This document shows positions 10,656 to 20,303 of a stretch of DNA of 64,000 nucleotides, piece after piece (the stretch's first letter is position 1; every line of letters begins with the position of its first letter). The notes under the pieces are model-generated. The model did no database searches. It saw only the letters and a program-made list of their open reading frames with translations, and was not told the origin of the DNA. Source of the DNA: Methanothermococcus sp. Ax23 (GTDB taxonomy: Archaea > AGJL01 > Methanococci > Methanococcales > Methanococcaceae); the NCBI RefSeq assembly GCF_049075655.1, contig NZ_CP157522.1:1568001-1632000 (forward strand). Direction: 5' to 3'. A program made the position numbers and the translations under genes.

Positions 10656-11576
10656 ATGATGGGTGTTATTGAGGGAACCATTGTATGGTCCAATATTATG
10701 GTGTTGCTTGCCCTCGGTTTAACTTTAACATATATCACAACAGCAGTCCCAAATTTTGCTCAGGCATCTTTTGCTGTTGTGGGTTCCTATATTGCATTGA
10801 CATTGTTAAGGTTGGTTGGTCTTGACCCCTATCTTTCCCTACCCTTGACATTTATTATTGGAGGGGTTGTTGGATTATCTACCTACTATATAGCATTAAA
10901 ACCTCTTGTAAAAAGAAAGGCTTCAATTGAAATGCTTATGATAGCCACACTTGCATGGGATTTAATACTTCTTGGAGTGGTGGGGGCATACGCTGAAACA
11001 TTGAGCACTATTACAAAAAAAACAGAGACACTTTTTGTATTCACAAATATTGATTTTGAATTCTACGGCATACATGGTAGGTTGATAATGTCAACCCTTG
11101 TCGTGTTATTAACATTGGTCGGATTGTATTTACTATTATATAGAACGAAATTCGGTATAGCATTAAGGGCATCTATGGAAAATCCATCCCTTGCCGAAGC
11201 TATGGGGATAAATGTTGAAAATACGAGGTTGTTTTCTTGGTTTTTATCGGGAGCTCTGGCATGTATGGCAGGGTCATTGTTGCCATATTTGCAGGAAATT
11301 GTTCCACAAACAGGGTATTTTCTTATAGTGTCAATATTTGCCGCAAGTATTGTTGGGGGACTGCACCATATAGCAGGAGCTCTGATTGGTGGGTATATTA
11401 TTGGAATATCTGAATCCCTATTTACCTATGGACTGTCAAGTATATTTGGCCCGGAGGTTTTGGTGTATAATAAGTTAATATCTTTGGCTATAATGATAAT
11501 AGTGATATTATGTATTCCTAATGGGATAACGGGAACTAATCTATGGAGGAGGTTGGAAAAATGGTTGAACTTATAA
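10656..11576 (+). CDS. livH: Branched-chain amino acid ABC transporter permease (LivH-like)
   Basis: LLALGLTL...PNFAQ, TKFGIALRASMEN..LAEAMGIN, IVGG. Confidence 0.88.
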   Translation: MMGVIEGTIVWSNIMVLLALGLTLTYITTAVPNFAQASFAVVGSYIALTLLRLVGLDPYLSLPLTFIIGGVVGLSTYYIALKPLVKRKASIEMLMIATLAWDLILLGVVGAYAETLSTITKKTETLFVFTNIDFEFYGIHGRLIMSTLVVLLTLVGLYLLLYRTKFGIALRASMENPSLAEAMGINVENTRLFSWFLSGALACMAGSLLPYLQEIVPQTGYFLIVSIFAASIVGGLHHIAGALIGGYIIGISESLFTYGLSSIFGPEVLVYNKLISLAIMIIVILCIPNGITGTNLWRRLEKWLNL

Positions 11577-12595
11577 GTTTAATTTTATTTTTCTTTGGAT
11601 TGTATATGATAGTCTCACTGAGTCTAAATTTAGAATTTGGATACGGTGGAATACCAAACTTTGGGAGAGCTCTCTCTGTATTGGCAGGAGCAGTAGTAGT
11701 TGGAGGTATATTAAATAGGATATTTATATGGTATTTTGGAATTACGGGGGATTTCATCACCGCAAGCAGTATAGCAAGTTATAATTTAACAGAATTAATA
11801 GCTCAAAATCCACTTGTGGGGTTGGGCGTATTTCTACTGGCAGTAGTCATTGCCATGATTGTGGGATTGATAATAGGAGCTCTGTCAATTCTCCCAAGTG
11901 CAAAACTTAAAGGGGATTATTTGGGAGTTACCCTTCTGGCAATAAGTGAAGTGGCATTTTTTGTTAGCTACTACAACACAGACATTGTAGGAGGATACTA
12001 CGGTGTATCGGCACCAGATGTGTTGGCATTTGTTCCGGGAGAATATAAATTATATGCCTACTCCATATTGGCAATAACTATTGGAGCCATTGTATATTTA
12101 TTCACAAATAGGTTATTAAACAGCCCTTATGGAAGAATTTTAAGGGCTCACAGGGAGAATGAAGATATTGTAAAGGCATTCGGTAGAGATATAATGAAGT
12201 TGAGGATAAAAACAGTTGCATTAGGTTCAGCCCTTGCAAGTATTGCAGGTGTTCTTTACACATTTTACTCATCAAATGTTACGGCTAATGCCTTTACACG
12301 AGTAGAATGGACATTTTATCCATTTTTAATAATACTGCTTGGGGGTAAGGGAAACAACAAAGGTGTAGTATTGGGAGCTCTCATATTTGTGCTTGTTAGA
12401 ATGTTGCTTGAATACTATAAATTTGATATTAAAAACTTACTGCACCTACCATTTGAGGCGGTTTGGCTTCAATATATATTCTTTGGAGTCTTGGCACTAA
12501 TTGTGCTTTATTACAGGCCGGAAGGTATTTTAAAGGAAAAACCTATATTTACACCACCGATAAAATCTGCAATTAAGAAAATGAATAACGACTAA
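11561..12595 (+). CDS. livM: Branched-chain amino acid ABC transporter permease (LivM-like)
   Basis: LSLNLEFGYGGIPNFG, LKGDYLGVTLLA, SPYGRILRA, LLGGKG, RPEGI. Confidence 0.88.
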   Translation: MVELISLILFFFGLYMIVSLSLNLEFGYGGIPNFGRALSVLAGAVVVGGILNRIFIWYFGITGDFITASSIASYNLTELIAQNPLVGLGVFLLAVVIAMIVGLIIGALSILPSAKLKGDYLGVTLLAISEVAFFVSYYNTDIVGGYYGVSAPDVLAFVPGEYKLYAYSILAITIGAIVYLFTNRLLNSPYGRILRAHRENEDIVKAFGRDIMKLRIKTVALGSALASIAGVLYTFYSSNVTANAFTRVEWTFYPFLIILLGGKGNNKGVVLGALIFVLVRMLLEYYKFDIKNLLHLPFEAVWLQYIFFGVLALIVLYYRPEGILKEKPIFTPPIKSAIKKMNND

Positions 12596-12617
12596 AATAC
12601 ATCAATAGGTGAGATTT

Positions 12618-13049
12618 ATGGAAAAAAGAGAAACTGGCGAAAAAATACAATTTAGGGCAAAAAAAGGAAAATGGTTTGTTGTTAAAAAAATGGATATTGA
12701 TGAAAATACTGAGGACATAGAAGTTGCAAGGCTTTTAAACTCCATTGATGAAACCATTAATAAGAAGATAATAGAGTTCCTTCCATTTGATGTGAAGAAA
12801 CTTGAAGAAATAGCTGATGAAATATATCAAAAGAAAAAGGGCAGGGTTAAAGAAGAGGATATAGCAAACGCACTTGCAAAATTAAAATCTCCTTCAACAA
12901 CAAGAAAATTGAACAGCATAACAGAATTAAAGGAAGGTAAAGAGATATTGAAAATAATATTAAATAATATCATATTGGAAAGATTGGGCATAAAAACAAG
13001 ATTGGATACGAAATTAATAGATAAATATATGGAAAAAGCAAATGATTAA
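12618..13049 (+). CDS. Conserved archaeal protein (DUF2666-like)
   Basis: IQFRAKKGKWFVVKKMDIDENTE N-terminus; GGTGA RBS; family from memory. Confidence 0.6.
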   Translation: MEKRETGEKIQFRAKKGKWFVVKKMDIDENTEDIEVARLLNSIDETINKKIIEFLPFDVKKLEEIADEIYQKKKGRVKEEDIANALAKLKSPSTTRKLNSITELKEGKEILKIILNNIILERLGIKTRLDTKLIDKYMEKAND

Positions 13050-13057
13050 AAAAATAA

Positions 13058-13087
13058 ATTATTATTATTATTATTATTATTATTATT
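13058..13087. repeat. (ATT)10 microsatellite between convergent genes
   Basis: Perfect trinucleotide run read directly. Confidence 0.85.
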
Positions 13088-13134
13088 TATTGATTTTTTA
13101 TATTATTATTTTATTTTTTATTAATTTATATCAT

Positions 13135-14262
13135 TTATTGGAATAAAAACGGCATGCTGTCATCCACACCTGGAACAAAGTTTGTTGTTTTTCTTATTTT
13201 TAATTGAGTTCTATGATAAATATACGCCACTGGAATCTCCATTGGACATACGTCTTCACACTGACCGCAGTTTATACAGCTGAAACTCATGTGGGACAGT
13301 CTGATGCCTTGGAACATTACCGGGTCAGGTGGAATCTCTCCTTTATCCATGTAATCTTCATTTAAAGCACACTCCCTACAAAAGCATATTGGGCAGGCAT
13401 CCCTGCAACCGTAGCATTTTATGCACCTGTTCCAATACTCCTTCCATTTTTCAATGGAAGGGTATTTCTCTTCAAGCTGTTCCTTTTGAGCAGATTTAGC
13501 AAGGTTAATCATAATTTTTTCAATCTTTTCCCTAATCTTAATGCCCTTTTCAGAAGGGGTTTTGACCTTAATATATCCTTCTTTTTCAGCATTTTCAATT
13601 AACTCCCTTCCTTTTTCTGAACACACTTCAACAAAAGTCCATCCATCTTCTGCTCCCCAGTTTCCACAGGCAATATCTGCATTTCTTGGAATCTTTAATT
13701 CACATCTCTGGCAGTTTTTTCTCCTTCCAAATCCTTTCTCTTCTAAATCGTGTATTTTAATAGCTTTATGGGTCCCATCCTTTAATTCTATTATGAATTT
13801 ACCACTATCTATCTCTTCCTTGACAACATCCTCAGGATTTACGCCGTAAAACATCTCTATCATTTTCATGGCAGTAATTGGTGGAATTGTTCCACCGCAG
13901 TTTAAACCTATTGTGTAGATATTATCCTTATCTATCTGGTGTCTTTTTTGGAGCTCCTTTATAGCCATGGCATCACATGGCTTTACAGCTACGGCTAATT
14001 TTAAATCATTTAAATATTTGCTTATAATATTTCCAAAGTTTGTTGGAGCACAATGTAGAGAACCACATGTTTGGATGAGCTCCTCTGAGCTTTTTACAAG
14101 GGTGGGTATTCCATCATAAACATCTTCTCCCTTTTTTAGGGCTAAAACTCCATCCACAAGTTCTTTATCTAACAGATATTTGAATAATGCAGACACTGCC
14201 CCACCACATTCAGCATGTTTTAATATGTTCTCATCTGTTGATTGGATTAAAAGGTATTTCAT
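13135..14262 (-). CDS. fdhB: F420-dependent formate dehydrogenase beta subunit
   Basis: [42 protein letters not shown] and two C-terminal CxxCxxCxxxCP motifs. Confidence 0.95.
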   Translation of the reverse strand: MKYLLIQSTDENILKHAECGGAVSALFKYLLDKELVDGVLALKKGEDVYDGIPTLVKSSEELIQTCGSLHCAPTNFGNIISKYLNDLKLAVAVKPCDAMAIKELQKRHQIDKDNIYTIGLNCGGTIPPITAMKMIEMFYGVNPEDVVKEEIDSGKFIIELKDGTHKAIKIHDLEEKGFGRRKNCQRCELKIPRNADIACGNWGAEDGWTFVEVCSEKGRELIENAEKEGYIKVKTPSEKGIKIREKIEKIMINLAKSAQKEQLEEKYPSIEKWKEYWNRCIKCYGCRDACPICFCRECALNEDYMDKGEIPPDPVMFQGIRLSHMSFSCINCGQCEDVCPMEIPVAYIYHRTQLKIRKTTNFVPGVDDSMPFLFQ

Positions 14263-14304
14263 GGTCATCACCATTTAAATATATAAAAAATAAAAAATTC
14301 ACGA

Positions 14305-16338
14305 TTATTGCTTATCAATTCTAACTGCACACACCTTGAATTCAGGTATCTTACAGTTGGGGTCCAGTGCAGTGTTTGTTAATATGTTTGCAGCACATTC
14401 TGCAAAGTGGAACGGCATAAACACCACACCTTTTTTAATATTTTTAGTGATTTTTGCCTTAACTTTTACCTCTCCTCTTCTCGATGAAACCCTGACTAGC
14501 TCTTTATCTTTAATATTTAATTTTTTGGCATCTTCGGGGTGTATTTCTACGAATCCCTCATTTATCTCCGATGTAATATGCTTACATTTTCTCGTCATTG
14601 TTCCTGTGTGGTAGTGGAATATGAGTCTTCCAGTGGTTAAAATCATAGGATATTCCTCATCTGGAAGCTCTGCGGCTTCTCCATATTCAACGGCAAATAA
14701 TTTACCTAATCCATCTAGCGTAAGGAATTTCTCAGTATGTAAAATTGGCGTTCCTTTGCTATCCTCTGTCTTACATGGCCAATGTATGCCATCTACTCCC
14801 AATCTTTTGTAGGTAATGCCCGCATACTGTGGTGTGGCTTTTCTAATCTCATTAAATATTTCCTCAGGGGAAGTATAATTAAACATATCGCCATATCCCA
14901 TTTTTTCAGCAAGTTTTTTAATTATAATCCAATCATCAAGGGCTTCTTCCGGTGGATTGACAGCTTTTCTTATCCTCTGAACCCTTCTTTCAGAGTTTGT
15001 AAATGTTCCATCCTTTTCAGCCCAGCATGCAGAAGGCAGAACAACATCTGCCAGTTGAGCTGTTTCAGTTAGGAATATATCTTGAACAATAAGGAAATCA
15101 AGGGATTTTAATGCATGCTCAACATGGTTTATATCGGGGTCAGAAACCATTGGATTTTCCCCCATTATATACAGGCATTTTAATTCATCTCCACATTTTT
15201 CAATCATTTCTGGAATAGTTAGCCCTACATTGTGGTTTAGTTCGGTATTCCAAAGTTCTTCAAATTTCTTATATACCTCAGGGTCATTTACCTTTTGATA
15301 ACCTGGATATACATTTGGTAGAGCTCCCATATCACAGGCTCCCTGAACATTGTTCTGCCCCCTCAATGGATTGACTCCCGTTCCTCTTTTTCCAAGATTT
15401 CCAGTTATCATTGCCAAATTACAGCAGCATTTAACATTATCTACACCATGTATGAACTGAGTCACGCCCATACAGTATAATATCGATGACTTTTCAGAAG
15501 TTGCATATAGTTTTGCCGCTTCCTCTATGAGCTCAGGTGAAACCCCACAAATCTTTGAAACATATTCAGGGGTGTATTTTTCCACAGTCTTTTTTAACTC
15601 CTCAAATCCTTTTGTTCTGTTTTTTATGAATTCCTCATCGATTAAATTATTATTTATTATAACATTTATCAAACCATTTACTATGGCAGCATTTGTTCCG
15701 GGAGTTATTTGGAGAAATACATCAGCCTGACTGGCAGTCATTGTTTTTCTAGGGTCAATAACTATAACCTTAGTTCCCTTTTCTTTTGCTCTAACTACCC
15801 TTCTTGCAATTATTGGATGCTGTTCAAATGTGTTTGAACCTATAATAAGTATGCAATTTGCTTCTTCAATATCTTCAATTGAGTTTGTCATGGCACCAGA
15901 CCCAAAAGCTTCCCCAAGACCTGCAACAGTTGCAGAGTGTCAAATTCTCGCACAATGGTCTATATTATTCGTTTTTATTACTGCTCTCGCAAATTTTTGG
16001 AATACGTAGTTATCCTCGTTCGTGCATCTTGCCGATGAGAAAAAGCCCACTTCATCGGGAGTATATTCCTTTAATTTACTTGCAATTAAATCCAAAGCCT
16101 CTTCCCAGCTGGATTCAACAAATTTACCATCTTTTTTAATTAATGGCTTTTTTAGCCTCTCATCACTATGAACAAATTCATAACAGTAATTCCCTTTAAT
16201 ACATACCTTTCCTTCATTTACTGGATGTCTTTTAAACGGATGGGTTCCTACAATTTTATCATCTTTTACGATTAAATCCACTCCGCATCCGCATCCGCAG
16301 TATGGACATACCGTATGGACCATTTTAAATTCGGTCAT
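14305..16338 (-). CDS. fdhA: Formate dehydrogenase alpha subunit, selenoprotein (in-frame TGA at 15942-15940 read as Sec)
   Basis: Track ORFs 15940..16347 and 14305..15891 share a frame; the junction reads [29 protein letters not shown], which is the Mo/W-ligand position; N-terminal CPYCGCGC Fe-S motif. Confidence 0.95.
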
Positions 16339-16411
16339 TATATCCACCTTTCTTTTAATTATTAGGTTATTAATTTATTATCATATTTGGGAAACTTTTG
16401 GTTTTTTCTCG

Positions 16412-16442
16412 GTTATCTACTCCGCAAGGGTTCGTAGATAAC
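16412..16442 (-). promoter_or_regulatory. Archaeal SECIS element upstream of fdhA
   Basis: Minus strand GTTATCTAC-GAA-CC-CTTGC-GG-A-GTAGATAAC: perfect 9-bp stem with a GAA/A internal loop and a short GC apical stem, about 75 nt before the fdhA start. Confidence 0.8.
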
Positions 16443-16603
16443 GGGGTGCCTATATTATAAAAATTATTATTAAAATCAAAATAATGATAAAATAAAATAT
16501 TATGTTGAGTAATATATGCAATATATTTAAAGTATTTGGATGGTGACTCTATGGGCATGTGTCGGCAAATGCTTCATCCACAGATTTTAGAGGTACTGCA
16601 TAT

Positions 16604-17056
16604 TTAACATAGTCGTGTCAGTTCTCCTGTTTCAACATCTATAATATATCCCCTAACATCCACATCATTTGGAATTGCAGGATGATTTTTTATCAATTCT
16701 GCTCCTTTAATTATATTATCTTCTTCAGAATCAATTTTACCTAGCCACTGTTCTAAATTCGGGGTGAAATATGGATTTGCCCCTCTTTCAACCATTTTCT
16801 TTTTAATGTCTTCAACATCCACGGATTTCATGCCACAGTCTGTATGTCCAACAACCATGATTTTATTCACATCAAGCAGATATATAGCAACCACAAGAGA
16901 TCTTAATGTATCTTCCGTTATAATATTTCCAGCATTTTTAATGACCTTGGCATCCCCTCTGTCTATTCCAAGTTTTTCAGAGAGGAAGTTGACCAATCTA
17001 GTGTCCATGCAACTGACGATTGCAAGTTTTTTCTTAGGCTTTGCATCATCACCCAA
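16604..17056 (-). CDS. Beta-class carbonic anhydrase
   Basis: SCMDTRL, IKNAGN and GHTDCG zinc ligands; TTG start after a GGAGG RBS. Confidence 0.92.
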   Translation of the reverse strand: MGDDAKPKKKLAIVSCMDTRLVNFLSEKLGIDRGDAKVIKNAGNIITEDTLRSLVVAIYLLDVNKIMVVGHTDCGMKSVDVEDIKKKMVERGANPYFTPNLEQWLGKIDSEEDNIIKGAELIKNHPAIPNDVDVRGYIIDVETGELTRLC

Positions 17057-17107
17057 AATATGACCTCCTTAAACCACATTATTCAAAATTGTTTATTGTA
17101 AACTGTA

Positions 17108-17656
17108 TTATTTATTACACTGGTATACTTTATTAACCCCAATTCCAAAAATTTTTGGTTTCCACAGTTTTGGTATTCCCATGAATCCAAAATATTTATA
17201 ATGCTTTGTTATAATCCCATACAGCTCTATTTTATCTCCTTTTTTTACCTCATCAGGCAAAGGGACAAGGAGAAGTGATAGTATTTCTCCCGTTTCATCC
17301 TTGATTTTAACCGTGGGTTTGGGGGAAACGCCATATATTATTTTTTCCACAGTTCCTATAACCTTAACTTGATGATTTAACATGTCCTTTGTAATATCCT
17401 TTATTTTGGTTGTGGATAAGTCTCTTTCATAATCTGGGAGTAGTTGTTGGGAAAGGTCGTTATTCATTTTTGAAATTTTCAAAGGAATGAGTGTCAGCGC
17501 TATAATAAATGGTATTGCACACAACAACACCCAAATATTTTTGGAAATTATTGTGGCCCATATTGTTATTGCAGACCAGACTATCAGGGATAATGTGGCA
17601 GAAGGCATTGTTTTTGCATGCTTTAAAGCATTGTTTAGATTAAATCTTTTTACCAT
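17108..17656 (-). CDS. Membrane protein with a probable C-terminal OB-fold, in the fdh cluster
   Basis: Two hydrophobic segments, then VKVIGTVEKI...IKDETGEI...KGDKIELYGII (OB-like pattern); overlaps the fdhC stop. Confidence 0.6.
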   Translation of the reverse strand: MVKRFNLNNALKHAKTMPSATLSLIVWSAITIWATIISKNIWVLLCAIPFIIALTLIPLKISKMNNDLSQQLLPDYERDLSTTKIKDITKDMLNHQVKVIGTVEKIIYGVSPKPTVKIKDETGEILSLLLVPLPDEVKKGDKIELYGIITKHYKYFGFMGIPKLWKPKIFGIGVNKVYQCNK

Positions 17657-18464
17657 ATGCATAGTAATACACCATTGCTACAAATATTACTGCCCCAATA
17701 ATGTTTCCTATTGTGGCAGGTAACTCGTTCCATAACCACCATCCCGAAAGAGATACATTTGCGCCAAGCATCATTCCAGCAGGGATGAAATACATGTTTG
17801 CCACGCTGTGCTCAAATCCAGATGCTACGAACGCCATTATTGGGAACCATATCATAAGGAATTTACCAAATACACTTGTTGCAGTTAAAGAACCCATAAC
17901 TGCGAGATTAACGAGCCAATTACATCCAATACCTTTTACAAGACAGGAGAGCCATCCCAACGCCCCTCCCGCCATGTATGGAAGGACTTTTGCTTCGGCT
18001 ATTTTAATTGCAGTCTGACCAAATGAATTGACTGCCCATTCGCCAGTTGTAGTATTAAATGACCTGAGCGGACCATATATCATTATTGCAACATATATCA
18101 GAGAACCAATAAGATTTCCAACATATACCCAGAACCAGACCTTTAAAAGCTGGGAAAATGACGCCTTTTTTTGAAATATTGCCACAGGTAGTAGCATCAT
18201 ATCCCCAGTAACAAGTTCCATACCAGTTAATATGATTAATATAAGCCCAACAGGGAACACTGCTGCACCTATAAGCTTTGCAATTCCCAATCCAAGGTAT
18301 TGGGATACTCCGGTGGAACATATTGTGCAAAGTCCGGCACCCATGGCAATATATGCTCCTCCCATGATTCCCCTTAACAAGAGCTGATTGGCCCCTAACT
18401 TCCCTTTATATCCCCCTACATTTCCTGCCAACTCAATTGCCTTATCAGGCGGGTTAAAATCCAT
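17640..18464 (-). CDS. fdhC: Formate/nitrite transporter (FNT family)
   Basis: GIMGGAYIA, FPVGL, ELVTG, GNLIG, GIGCNWLV, GFEHSVANM, GNIIG; GGAGG RBS before ATG 18464. Confidence 0.93.
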   Translation of the reverse strand: MDFNPPDKAIELAGNVGGYKGKLGANQLLLRGIMGGAYIAMGAGLCTICSTGVSQYLGLGIAKLIGAAVFPVGLILIILTGMELVTGDMMLLPVAIFQKKASFSQLLKVWFWVYVGNLIGSLIYVAIMIYGPLRSFNTTTGEWAVNSFGQTAIKIAEAKVLPYMAGGALGWLSCLVKGIGCNWLVNLAVMGSLTATSVFGKFLMIWFPIMAFVASGFEHSVANMYFIPAGMMLGANVSLSGWWLWNELPATIGNIIGAVIFVAMVYYYAYGKKI

Positions 18465-18732
18465 AGTATTACCTCCTTTCCAATTTTTGTTTATTGTGGT
18501 CTTGTGGGGTGCTAACCACATATATGAAATTTATTTATTATATAATTTTCGATTTAAATCATTTCAAAAAGTATAAATAACAGTTATTTTTTAAAAATAT
18601 GCAATTTAAAAGCATTAAATAATATTAAAAAAGAAATTAAAATTGATTACATCCAACAAAATAAAACTATGCGATATATAACTTGAAATAACTGCAAAAA
18701 CAACAAAAATTAAAAATAATTAAAATATTTTA

Positions 18733-18993
18733 TTAATAAACAGCCCACTGGCCTTCAATATCTTTGACCGCAGTGCCATATCCCATCAACTTTATGGTAT
18801 TTCCGTCGTGTGCTACAACAGTTTTAAACCCTATTATGGCAATAGCTTCCATAGACTTTGCTTTTTCTTCCATTAATTCCAACAATTTATCCATATCATA
18901 GCCCTCTACAACCTCTGAGACTATTCCTAAATAATAAAGTTCTACCCCTGGAATCTCATTTGTGGTTGTTATCAGGAATGAATCCAATTTCAT
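18733..18993 (-). CDS. Small YbjQ-like protein resembling the Methanococcus selenium-binding protein, but Cys-free
   Basis: FLITTTNEIPGVELYYLGIVS ... GYGTAVK resembles the M. vannielii SeBP sequence as recalled from memory. Confidence 0.65.
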   Translation of the reverse strand: MKLDSFLITTTNEIPGVELYYLGIVSEVVEGYDMDKLLELMEEKAKSMEAIAIIGFKTVVAHDGNTIKLMGYGTAVKDIEGQWAVY

Positions 18994-19500
18994 AAGGACA
19001 CCTCTGCTTGTGAATATGGCACCCCACAAATCCACATAATTATATTATTTTTCCTGTATATATATTTTTTGATTCTATTCAGTTTTTATAACCGGACCAA
19101 TCCTTTCGACACCTTCCTTCCAATAACAAATAGATTTGGAATGTCAAATTGACCGTAAATCTCCCAAAAATACCTATAAAAGAATTTCCTTTGATTTAAC
19201 GCCGAATTATCTGTAATTCAGGATATTTATCTCTATTTTTATCCACTGTGTAATTCAGATACTTGCTCATTGATATAATATTACCAACCAATATCTTTTC
19301 AAGTTTCTCTTTTTTCCAATATTATCTAAATATAAATCCATTTCAACTGTGATTATGGAGCTCATCACATTTATATTTGTTTAAAAAATATCATCTTAAC
19401 TGTGGAATTTGGGATTTTTTAATTTGTTAAAATAGCAATTGTTTAGGTTTAAAAACTCTCCCTTTTCAATTTCACGATTCCTTTGGCAGGAAGCCAACGA

Positions 19501-19640
19501 TTAAACAAAATCACAAAGTGATTTTGTAGCTCTCCGCTTCGCTCCGACTCCGCAACGAAGTTGCGACCTAAAACCTTCGGTTTTAAGTTTTCCTCACTTT
19601 CGTTCGGAAATGCTATAAAAATCCGAAGGATTTTATTCAA
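19501..19640. repeat. Array of about six short hairpins inserted in the left-end hairpin of the IS605-type cassette
   Basis: ACAAAATCAC-AAA-GTGATTTTGT, CGCAAC-GAA-GTTGCG, TAAAACC-TTC-GGTTTTA, AAAATCC-GAA-GGATTTT; absent from the 31093-31373 copy. Confidence 0.85.
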
Positions 19641-19818
19641 TTAGCCGTTGGAGGAATGCCGAAAAATTTATATGTTGTATAAACTATAAATTGTAATAAG
19701 CCCTAAGGCACGAAGCTCGGTAGAGTGGATACGGTTGGAAGGGCTTTATTGGTAAATAATACAGGGCTGTCCGTCAGCCAGCCTAATGTCCTCCGCCCTT
19801 ATTATTGAGGGAGTTGGA

Positions 19819-19912
19819 TTAAATAAAATCCCTACGGGATTTTATAGCATCAAAATCTTTGATTTTGAAGTTAAAATTGCGGAGCAATTTTATACTCTCC
19901 GCTTCGCTACAA
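19819..19912. repeat. 94-bp hairpin array inserted in the IS605-type cassette
   Basis: The other copy reads GAGTTGGA/AGGGCAAG with no insert; modules ATAAAATCCC-TAC-GGGATTTTAT, TCAAAATC-TTT-GATTTTGA, TAAAATTGC-GGA-GCAATTTTA and CTCCGCTTCGCT. Confidence 0.85.
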
Positions 19913-19992
19913 AGGGCAAGCCAACGACTTTAGTCGTTGGTAGCTGACCATAGCTATTTAACAATTCCTCGGTCTTTGAAATGAGAGCTCCG

Positions 19993-20303
19993 CCGTTTAA
20001 AACTGTTTAGTTTTTTGTGAGTATTTGTGAGTGTATGGGAGCATTTAGTTTTCGAAATGTTTATATAGTGTTTTCATGCATAGTTTATAGTGTCAATCTA
20101 ATCAACCCCAAGACTTTCCTAAACCTCTTTTAAACATGTTAAAACATCCAACAAATTGTCGAATTGATGGGTGGAGCCGGGGTCCCCACGACAGGGGAGG
20201 AGACCGATGACATGCTCCCAATGAACCCAGAGGGATATGAGGTTGATGACGCCCAAGTCCAATGTGAGCATTTACTCACCAACGCTTACATTGGACAGAC
20301 CCC
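19993..20303 (+). mobile_element. Non-autonomous IS607-like cassette, copy A (309 bp plus dinucleotide core)
   Basis: Six substitutions versus the inverted copy 30584-30894; CC at both ends (GG on the other strand); subterminal TTTGTGAGT repeats; CGAAATG-TTTATATA promoter-like site at 20053-20067; GC-rich structured 3' half. Confidence 0.85.

Larger units (their letters stand above)
19476..19948 (+). mobile_element. Non-autonomous IS200/IS605-derived cassette, family 1 copy A, with two nested hairpin arrays
   Basis: Preceded by TCAC (19472-19475); interrupted left-end hairpin; right end GCAAG-CCAACGAC-TTTA-GTCGTTGG-TAGCTGAC; homologous to the inverted copy 31093-31373; no transposase or TnpB ORF. 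Confidence 0.85.

Noticed and set aside
13058-13087. (ATT)10 tract as a phase-variation switch
   Set aside because: It lies between two convergent stop codons, not in a promoter or coding region.
14305-16347. fdhA as a split gene or pseudogene
   Set aside because: The single in-frame TGA is at the Sec ligand position and a SECIS-like hairpin is present.
19476-20303. CRISPR array
   Set aside because: There are no regularly spaced identical repeats with unique spacers and no cas genes; the repeats are hairpin modules and transposon ends.
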